Part shown: one piece after another, positions 56,948-64,000 of the stretch
Position numbering within the stretch: position 1 is the first letter of the stretch
Layout: every line of letters begins with the position of its first letter
Virus record (IMG/VR): IMGVR_UViG_3300010885_009424
Source of the DNA: an uncultured virus (IMG/VR IMGVR_UViG_3300010885_009424)
Taxonomy: Duplodnaviria; Heunggongvirae; Uroviricota; Caudoviricetes
Direction: 5' to 3' (one strand)
DNA: 64,000 bases
The notes under the pieces: generated by a model
Database searches by the model: none
Told to the model about the DNA's origin: nothing
What the model saw: the letters and a program-made list of their open reading frames with translations, nothing else
Translations under genes and position numbers: made by a program

Positions 56948-58837
56948 ATGGCATTCCAAGTTTCACCTGGTGTGAATGTGACGGAGAAGGATTTGACGAC
57001 CATCGTTCCTGCGGTCTCATCGACCAATGCGGGCATCGTCGGTCTTTTCACATGGGGTCCGTGCAACAAGCGCATCCTCGTCGATAGCGAGAACAACCTT
57101 GTCCAACTCTTCGGTGTCCCCACGGATGCCAACGCCGAGTGGTGGTTCCCCGCCGCCAACTTCCTTGGATACGGGAACAACCTTCAGGTCGTCCGTGCCG
57201 TAGTCGGAGGCATGGTGAACGCCAATCCGAAGGGATACACGGATAACGCCACCACGGGAACCACCTCCCTCGCCCTCTTGGAGGACGGGGATCAGGCAGA
57301 GTTCGCAAACATCACGAACATGGGCGCATTCGTCGCCAAGTATCCTGGTGCAATCGGAAACAGCCTACAGGTTCAGATCTGCGGATCGGGAACCGCTGAT
57401 TCGGTCGGCGGCGGAGGAGGGTACACGGCTGACGGATTCGGCTTCAGCACTTGGACTTACGCCAATCAGTTCGACTTCGCACCAAACACCACGACCTATG
57501 TCTCCAACTTCGGCGGTGCGAACGACGAGTTCCACATCGCCGTGATTGACAAGGCGGGTCTGTTCACGGGCACTCCTGGAACCGTCCTTGAGCGGTATCA
57601 GAATGTCTCCTTCCTGCCGAACATCACCGATTCGGTCGGGAACAGCCTCCACTACGCTAACAAGATCAACCGTGAGTCGAAGTACATCGCCGCCATCCCG
57701 AAGTCAAACCTGACTTCCTTCAACAATCTCTTCGTCGGCGGAACTGGTTCGTGGGGAACTACCAATCAGCGGTGGACTTATGACAGCGGCAGCGAAGGTC
57801 TCTCGGCATCTTCAGGGATCACGATGGCGAACTCCTCGTTCGGTGTCGGCGTATTCAACTTCTCGGGAGGCTCAAACGGTGCCACCGCCCACCTCAACGA
57901 CTACCTCAGGATCGCATTCGGTCAGGATCAGGACAGCAATCCCGAGGGATACCGCCTGTTCGAGGACACCGAGACCGTCGATGTGAACCTCCTCATCGGT
58001 GGTCCTGATACCGATTTCGATCCGAACTCGAACGACCTCACGGAGTCGGTCACGGGAGTGGTCGGTCCCTCCATCAAGGACATCGTGGATGCCCGAAAGG
58101 ACTGCGTTGCGTTCCTGTCGGTTCCGAACAAGGATCCGAACGAGACCGATCAGACCAAGTTGGATCGTGCGATCCAGTATCGCAACAGCATCGGTTCCTC
58201 GTCGTACTGCGTCATCGACTCGGGATACAAGTATCAGTACGACATCTACAACGACCGCTACCGTTGGGTGCCGCTGAACGGCGACATTGCAGGTCTCTGC
58301 GCCCGTTCGGATGTGAACTTCGATCCGTGGTACAGCCCCGCAGGGTTCAACCGTGGTCAAGTCCGTGGCGTGGTCAAGTTGGCGTTTCAGCCCCGTCAGG
58401 CGGCTAGGGACACCCTCTACAAGAACGGCATCAATCCCGTGGTCACCTTCTCGGGCGAGGGAACCATCCTCTACGGGGACAAGACCGCCCTCACGAAGCC
58501 CTCGGCGTTCGACCGCATCAATGTCCGCCGCCTCTTCATCGTGCTTGAGAAGGCGATCTCGACCGCTGCCAAGTACAGCCTGTTCGAGTTCAACGATGCC
58601 TTCACCCGCTCGCAGTTTCGCTCGCTCGTCGAGCCGTTCCTGCGGGATGTTCAGGCTCGCCGTGGAATCATCGACTTCAAGGTGGTCTGCGACGAGAAGA
58701 ACAACACATCAGAGATCATCGACAGCAATAGGTTCGTCGCCGACATCTATATCAAGCCGAACCGCAGCATCAACTTCATCCAACTGAACTTCGTCGCCAC
58801 CAAGACGGGCGTGAACTTCAACGAAATCGGTGCATGA
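56948..58837 (+). CDS. 18: gp18 tail sheath protein
   Basis: SPGV...E.DLT, WYSPAG.NRG, GDKT....SAFDRINVRRLF, IYIKP.RSINFI.LNFVA. Confidence 0.97.
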   Translation: MAFQVSPGVNVTEKDLTTIVPAVSSTNAGIVGLFTWGPCNKRILVDSENNLVQLFGVPTDANAEWWFPAANFLGYGNNLQVVRAVVGGMVNANPKGYTDNATTGTTSLALLEDGDQAEFANITNMGAFVAKYPGAIGNSLQVQICGSGTADSVGGGGGYTADGFGFSTWTYANQFDFAPNTTTYVSNFGGANDEFHIAVIDKAGLFTGTPGTVLERYQNVSFLPNITDSVGNSLHYANKINRESKYIAAIPKSNLTSFNNLFVGGTGSWGTTNQRWTYDSGSEGLSASSGITMANSSFGVGVFNFSGGSNGATAHLNDYLRIAFGQDQDSNPEGYRLFEDTETVDVNLLIGGPDTDFDPNSNDLTESVTGVVGPSIKDIVDARKDCVAFLSVPNKDPNETDQTKLDRAIQYRNSIGSSSYCVIDSGYKYQYDIYNDRYRWVPLNGDIAGLCARSDVNFDPWYSPAGFNRGQVRGVVKLAFQPRQAARDTLYKNGINPVVTFSGEGTILYGDKTALTKPSAFDRINVRRLFIVLEKAISTAAKYSLFEFNDAFTRSQFRSLVEPFLRDVQARRGIIDFKVVCDEKNNTSEIIDSNRFVADIYIKPNRSINFIQLNFVATKTGVNFNEIGA

Positions 58838-58881
58838 TCGTGATTATGGAAACCGAGATAGATAACAAGAAGGAGTCCTAA

Positions 58882-59508
58882 ATGTCACAGTTCAGCATCG
58901 ACGCATTCCGTTCGGCACTCAGCAACGGTCTTGCGAGGAACAACCTCTTCCTCGTACAGGGAACCTTTCCAGGAGGCTCACAGAACGCCCTCTCGGGTGC
59001 CGCTGCGGCTGCGGGAGGGCTTCTCGGCGCAGCCTCCGCCAACTTCGGGAATGCGGCGATCAACCTGTTGGGACAGGGGAATCCGAGTTCGCAGATCCCC
59101 TTCCTCTGCAAGGCGGCGAAGGTTCCCTCAGCGACCCTTGCAATAAACAACGCATTCTATATGGGGCGTGCGTTCAAGTATCCTGGAGACAAGTCTTATG
59201 CCGATTGGACGATCACCATCTACAACGATGGCTCGTACAGCCTCCGCAAGGCTTTCGAGGCGTGGTCGAACCTCATCAATACGAACCGCACGAATGTGGG
59301 TCCGAACGCCATGAACCAATTTATGACGGAGTGGACGGTCACTCCCCTTACTCGTGAGGGAAACCCGATCTCCCGCTACAAGTTGGTCGGTTGTTGGCCT
59401 TCCCTCATGGGCGATATCACCCTCGACATGAACGCTTCGACTGAACCCTCCACCTTCGATGTGACGATTGCATATCAGTACTTCGAGGTCGAGGGAGTCA
59501 CCACCTGA
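58882..59508 (+). CDS. 19: gp19 tail tube protein
   Basis: ARNNLF.V, FLCKAA.VP, GR..K.PGD..Y.DW.ITI.ND, F.VT..YQY. Confidence 0.92.
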   Translation: MSQFSIDAFRSALSNGLARNNLFLVQGTFPGGSQNALSGAAAAAGGLLGAASANFGNAAINLLGQGNPSSQIPFLCKAAKVPSATLAINNAFYMGRAFKYPGDKSYADWTITIYNDGSYSLRKAFEAWSNLINTNRTNVGPNAMNQFMTEWTVTPLTREGNPISRYKLVGCWPSLMGDITLDMNASTEPSTFDVTIAYQYFEVEGVTT

Positions 59509-59533
59509 TCCCTAGGATCAAGGCTTATACATC

Positions 59534-61036
59534 ATGGATCTATTTGGCTTTACCCTAGGCAGGACGAAGAAGCAGAAGCAGGAAGACAAGGCTCTGAAGT
59601 CGTTTGTCGCACCGACATTCGACGACGGAGCCATTCCTGTCGAGGCGGGTGGCTTCTACGGGCAGTATGTCGATCTCGACGGCACCGTCCGAAACGACTT
59701 CGAGTTGACCATGAAGTATCGTGAGATGGCGCAGGATCCCATCGTGGAGGTCGCCATCGACGACATCGTGAACGAATGCATCATCATGGGTGAGAAGAAG
59801 GCTCCCGTGAAGATCCTGCTAGACAGGCTCAAGGCGAGCGATGCGGTGAAGGAGAGAATCCATGAGGAATTCAGGAACCTCCTCCGTGTCATGCAGTTCG
59901 AGACTAATGGATCGGAGATTTTCCGCAGATGGTTTGTGGACGGCAAGATCTTCTTCCACCTGATTATCGACGAAGACAACCCGCAGAAGGGCATCCTCGA
60001 ACTTCGCTATGTCGATCCGATGAACATGCAGAAGATCAGGGAGTACACGAAGGAGACCCTCAAGAACGGCACGAAGATCATCTCGGGGTACAAGGACTTC
60101 TTCCTCTACAACAAGGACAATCCCCGTGCGGGTGGAAATGTGGCGGGCATCAAGATCAGCGAGGATGCCATCGCCTTCTGTTCCTCGGGACTCATGGACA
60201 GCCGCTACAAGCGCACGGTGGGCTTCCTCCACAAGGCTACCAAGCCGCTGAACCAACTCAGGATGCTAGAGGACGCAATCGTCATCTACCGCATCTCCCG
60301 TGCGCCTGAGAGGCGCATCTTCTACATCGATGTCGGCAACCTCCCCAAGACCAAGGCGGAGCAGTATGTCAAGGATCTGATGAACCGCTACCGCAACCGC
60401 CTCGTCTACGATGCGAGTACGGGCGAGGTCAGGGACGACAAGAAGTTCATGTCGATGCTTGAGGACTACTGGCTCCCCCGCCGTGAAGGCAGCAAGGGAA
60501 CGGAGATCACCACGCTTCAGGGCGGTGCCAACCTCGGCGAACTGACCGATGTGATCTACTTTCAGAAGAAACTCTACCGCTCCCTCTGCGTCCCCGCCAG
60601 CCGCCTTGAGCAGGACAAGTCGTTCCACCTCGGTCGCTCGACGGAGATCACCCGTGATGAGGTCAGGTTCACCAAGTTCGTCCACAGGCTCCGCACCAAG
60701 TTCAGCGAACTGTTCTTCGACATCCTCAAGAAGCAGTTGATCCTCAAGAAGGTCATCACCGCCGACGAGTGGCCGAGCATGAAGGAGGCGATCTACTTCG
60801 ACTTCCTCAAGGACAACCTGTTCACGGAACTGAAGAACGCCGAACTCCGCAAGCAGCAGGTCGAGGAGTTGGGGAACATCAAACCCTACATAGGTAAGTA
60901 CTACAGCCACGAATGGGTGCGCAAGAATATACTCGGATTCAGCGAAGCCGAGATGAAGGAGATGGACAGGGAGATCGAAGCCGAGCGCAATGCGGGCAAG
61001 ATTGAACCCGACAACGCACAATTCGGTCTTGCGTAA
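59534..61036 (+). CDS. 20: gp20 portal protein
   Basis: NQLRMLEDA.VIYR.SRAPERRIFYIDVGNLPK.KAEQY, EDYWLPRREG.KGTEITTL.GG.NLG. Confidence 0.97.
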   Translation: MDLFGFTLGRTKKQKQEDKALKSFVAPTFDDGAIPVEAGGFYGQYVDLDGTVRNDFELTMKYREMAQDPIVEVAIDDIVNECIIMGEKKAPVKILLDRLKASDAVKERIHEEFRNLLRVMQFETNGSEIFRRWFVDGKIFFHLIIDEDNPQKGILELRYVDPMNMQKIREYTKETLKNGTKIISGYKDFFLYNKDNPRAGGNVAGIKISEDAIAFCSSGLMDSRYKRTVGFLHKATKPLNQLRMLEDAIVIYRISRAPERRIFYIDVGNLPKTKAEQYVKDLMNRYRNRLVYDASTGEVRDDKKFMSMLEDYWLPRREGSKGTEITTLQGGANLGELTDVIYFQKKLYRSLCVPASRLEQDKSFHLGRSTEITRDEVRFTKFVHRLRTKFSELFFDILKKQLILKKVITADEWPSMKEAIYFDFLKDNLFTELKNAELRKQQVEELGNIKPYIGKYYSHEWVRKNILGFSEAEMKEMDREIEAERNAGKIEPDNAQFGLA

Positions 61037-61045
61037 GGAGAGGTT

Positions 61046-61780
61046 ATGAGGGGATCGGAGAAAAGCCTCAGGTCGGTCATCGACAGCCTTGCAGACAAGG
61101 ATGCGGAGGCTTTCCGTCTGTCCGTCCGTGGCGAACTCATGTCACGGGTCGGATCCTCCATCTCCTCCCTGAAGAAGGATGTCTCGGAGTCGCTCGTGTC
61201 GGAGAACCTGACGGGCGCTCCGTCCGCACCTCCCGTGACCAAGCCGATCAATTCGGGAGACTTACGGATCGTGCCCACCGCTGCGGGTGCGGCGAAGGAC
61301 GACATATCGCTCGACCCCAACTTCGAGAAGGAGTACTTCCAGTCCTCCATGCTTCATCAGAACCAAAGGATCACGGTCAAGCAGGTCGGAACGGGGCTAG
61401 GCAAGCCCGTCCGCATCTACATCAACGACCGAAGGTGGGAACTCTTCCCAGGTCCGAAGGTCGCACTCAAGTCTGCGAAAGAATACATCGACGGGATGCT
61501 GAAGGATGTCCGTAAGGATCCATCCCTCGGCAAGGCGATGACTGCGCAGATACAGAAGGACAAGGCTGCGGGAGTGGCGCAGGTCGCAGCCCCCGTCGAT
61601 GCGGGCAAGCCGCACGAGGTCGCCGCTGCCGACATGAAGCGCAAGGAACTTGAGACGGGCAAGCCCGCTGTGGATGACCCGACAAAGAGGGGAGCGGCTC
61701 CTCCACCGAGGAAACCACCCGCCCCCAAGCCACCCACACCGCCCAAGCAAAAGCCAACGAAAGAGGTCAAGCCGAAATGA
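61046..61780 (+). CDS. Putative prohead core protein
   Basis: Position after portal; KPVRIYIND..W..F; Pro/Lys-rich tail. Confidence 0.55.
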   Translation: MRGSEKSLRSVIDSLADKDAEAFRLSVRGELMSRVGSSISSLKKDVSESLVSENLTGAPSAPPVTKPINSGDLRIVPTAAGAAKDDISLDPNFEKEYFQSSMLHQNQRITVKQVGTGLGKPVRIYINDRRWELFPGPKVALKSAKEYIDGMLKDVRKDPSLGKAMTAQIQKDKAAGVAQVAAPVDAGKPHEVAAADMKRKELETGKPAVDDPTKRGAAPPPRKPPAPKPPTPPKQKPTKEVKPK

Positions 61781-63438
61781 GCCACATCAACGACCAAGAA
61801 CTTGAACGCCTTCTGAATCACGAACCCGAGGGCGATGGCATCCAAGAAGCCACCGACCCCAGTCTTTTCTACCAGATGGGCAAGGCTAAGGACAGGGCTT
61901 GCTCCTACTTCACTCAGGAGGCATGTGGTCTTGCAGTCAGTATCGACGACCTCCTCCGAGCGGGAAAGAAGGAAGAGGGACTGAAGATGCTCCAAGACCC
62001 GAAGAACAAGGGTCTTCTCTCGATCATCCCACGGGAGGTCAGGAATTGGTTCGAGATGACGGTCAGCAACTCGTACCGACCCGATGGTGAGGGGATGAGC
62101 GAGCAGAGCGGCAGGATGGCGAGCATCGCCGCCGCCGCCAAGAAGATCGGTTCGGGATCGAAGCAGAGCGGCAGTTTCGCCGCCTTCTTCAAGACTAAGG
62201 AGGACAGCACCTTCGCCACCAACGCACTCAGGTTCCGCACGCAGGCAGAGGCGGAGGCGTATGCGAGGAACCTCTTCAGCCGATGGCTCGGCGCATCCGA
62301 GTGGAAGGTCATGCCTCACACCGACAAGCCGAACTATGAGATCGTCAACAACGAGTTGAGGTCGATCAAGGAGTCCTCCCATGACATCCAAGAGGACGAG
62401 TGGGGCGGCGGCTTTCAAAGTTCATCGGATGGCCACAAGGAAGTCCAAGCGGGTCTCAAGGGCGACTTTCAGCGTGAACGGGCACAGAAACTCAAGTTGA
62501 TCGTGCAGGTCATCCGTGGTGAGATCACGAAGCAGAAGTTCAAGAAACTCACGGGCAGCGGCTTCGATGATCTGATGAGGAATTCTCCTTACTACAGGAA
62601 CCAAATCAAGAGAATGTCAAAGAAGGCACTCGCTCCCGTTGTCCCCGCTACTCCAACCATGAAGGATTCGTATGAATCCAATGGCGAAGACATTCAAGAA
62701 GGCAGTCGAATTCACCCTGTGAATATGGCGTGGCTGAAATCTTTACCAAGCGCATTTGTTGCAGAGGTGCAAGAGATCCTCAAAAAGCCTGACAGCCCCG
62801 CACGATTCAAGGCTTTATTCAATGCCGTTTTGAAACACAAGGTCACCAGGAGCAAATACCTCAGTCTTGGGGATTCGATAGACATACTAGGAGCGCAGTT
62901 CCTTGATGTTTATCCTCACAAGCGCACTACTCCAACCATGAAGGATTCCTACGAATCCGATGGCGAAGACATTCAAGAGAAGGTCGATATCGACGGGCGC
63001 ACCCGTGCCTACAGGAACACAGTGATGCGCCTTGAGCAAGCCCGCAAGTTTCGCAACGGTAAGGGAACGGAGATGCAGGAGAACAAGTTCGGCGGTCTCT
63101 ATGACGATGGCAGCGGGAAGGGTGCGTTCATCCCCGCTCCCGTGGACTTCAACTTCCAAGAGGCGATGAGGATCGTCGAGAGGTATCGCAGCCTCCGTGA
63201 GAAGAAGAAGACTCTCTTCGGCGCACCCAAAGACAAGATGGAGGACTTGAACGCCGCTGTCGCCATGAAGAACGGAAAGTTCTCCTTGGGCGAGGCCGAG
63301 ATGTCCCTGAAGCAGAAGGAGTACAGGAAGTTATTCGCCAAGGCGCTCAAGAAGTTCGGCGAGGACTCCCTTGCCGACATGAGCGATGCCGAGAAGAAGA
63401 AGTTCTTCAATTGGCTCAAGGACAATTGGAAGGGCTGA
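61777..63438 (+). CDS. Modular prohead core / internal protein (putative polyprotein)
   Basis: Segments separated by IQE/MQE/FQE/IKE motifs; VDIDGR...Y and Y.K.F.KALKKFG...KKKFF motifs. Confidence 0.6.
   Translation: MSHINDQELERLLNHEPEGDGIQEATDPSLFYQMGKAKDRACSYFTQEACGLAVSIDDLLRAGKKEEGLKMLQDPKNKGLLSIIPREVRNWFEMTVSNSYRPDGEGMSEQSGRMASIAAAAKKIGSGSKQSGSFAAFFKTKEDSTFATNALRFRTQAEAEAYARNLFSRWLGASEWKVMPHTDKPNYEIVNNELRSIKESSHDIQEDEWGGGFQSSSDGHKEVQAGLKGDFQRERAQKLKLIVQVIRGEITKQKFKKLTGSGFDDLMRNSPYYRNQIKRMSKKALAPVVPATPTMKDSYESNGEDIQEGSRIHPVNMAWLKSLPSAFVAEVQEILKKPDSPARFKALFNAVLKHKVTRSKYLSLGDSIDILGAQFLDVYPHKRTTPTMKDSYESDGEDIQEKVDIDGRTRAYRNTVMRLEQARKFRNGKGTEMQENKFGGLYDDGSGKGAFIPAPVDFNFQEAMRIVERYRSLREKKKTLFGAPKDKMEDLNAAVAMKNGKFSLGEAEMSLKQKEYRKLFAKALKKFGEDSLADMSDAEKKKFFNWLKDNWKG
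62648..62978 (+). repeat. Two ~52-bp direct repeats (279-bp period) flanking an AT-rich cassette
   Basis: ctactccaaccatgaaggattc...gaagacattcaaga at 62648-62699 and 62927-62978; 3 mismatches. Confidence 0.92.
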
Positions 63439-63439
63439 C

Positions 63440-63874
63440 ATGCCGAAGGTCACCGTCAACTTCAGGAAGGAAAGCACGGCGAGGGAATTCGCCGACAACT
63501 TCTCCATACTTGATGTGGATGCCAAGGTCACGGCGAAGGGCAGTACCGCTACGGTTGTGACATCCGATCCGAGCGTGGTCGGGATGGTGAAGGCGATGAT
63601 GGCTGACCTGTCGGATGATTCGAGGGTAAGCGATGCCGTCGATTCCGTTCTGACCGCCTTGCGGTCTGCGGTTGTCAGGGAAGGCAGGGTCTTCCTTGAG
63701 ATGGCGGATGGATCTAGGCAGATCGTCATGCCCTCCCATGCACGGGCGCTCGCACGAACACACGACATGTTCGCCGAGGAGAACCAAAGGGTCTTCCTTC
63801 TCCTCGTTGCAGAAAACAAGGAAGCCTACGCCCGTGCGGTCGCATTCGCACAGAACCACGAGGACAGCAAGTAA
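63440..63874 (+). CDS. Hypothetical head-region protein
   Basis: ATG 63440 just after the preceding stop. Confidence 0.6.
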   Translation: MPKVTVNFRKESTAREFADNFSILDVDAKVTAKGSTATVVTSDPSVVGMVKAMMADLSDDSRVSDAVDSVLTALRSAVVREGRVFLEMADGSRQIVMPSHARALARTHDMFAEENQRVFLLLVAENKEAYARAVAFAQNHEDSK

Positions 63875-64000
63875 TGGGATACACACAGATCGTCAAGACT
63901 CAGAAGCGCATCGTCTTCTCCGCCAACGGAGCGAACACGGCTATCGGGGCGACCACCTCCGCATTCCTTGATGTGGACGGACTGACCACCACCTACGGCA
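63874..64000 (+). CDS. 5' end of a hypothetical protein (truncated by window edge)
   Basis: TAATG coupling; MGYTQIVKTQKRIVFS... Confidence 0.55.
   Translation, partial: MGYTQIVKTQKRIVFSANGANTAIGATTSAFLDVDGLTTTYG

Overview
The window is 64 kb of a GC-rich (roughly 55-60% by eye) T4-like myovirus genome with no host genes, tRNAs or CRISPR array. 1-3.9 kb: tail fibre, putative tip protein, chaperone and modifying enzymes. 3.9-18 kb: replication, recombination and late transcription (class II RNR NrdJ, gp46, gp47, gp55, UvsW, UvsY, RuvC-like resolvase, exonuclease, gp33, gp32). 18-52 kb: tail and baseplate (tape measure, gp51/26, gp54-like, gp2, gp4, gp48, gp53, hub, gp5, PAAR, gp25, gp6/7/8, large fibres) plus a GT2-TPR glycosyltransferase. 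52-64 kb: gp13-gp20 and prohead core-like genes. The most notable signals are: (1) a candidate virion O-glycosylation system (GT2-TPR enzyme plus pervasive G-x-T motifs in structural proteins); (2) a modular head polyprotein with repeated [IMF]QE protease-like sites and a repeat-flanked cassette; (3) a -1 slippery site that could fuse gp26 to gp51 just upstream of the tape measure gene; (4) late promoters [AC]TAAATA repeatedly embedded in hairpins; (5) a probable AUC start for gp4; (6) strong avoidance of several palindromes. All calls come from motif recognition and gene order; no searches were run.
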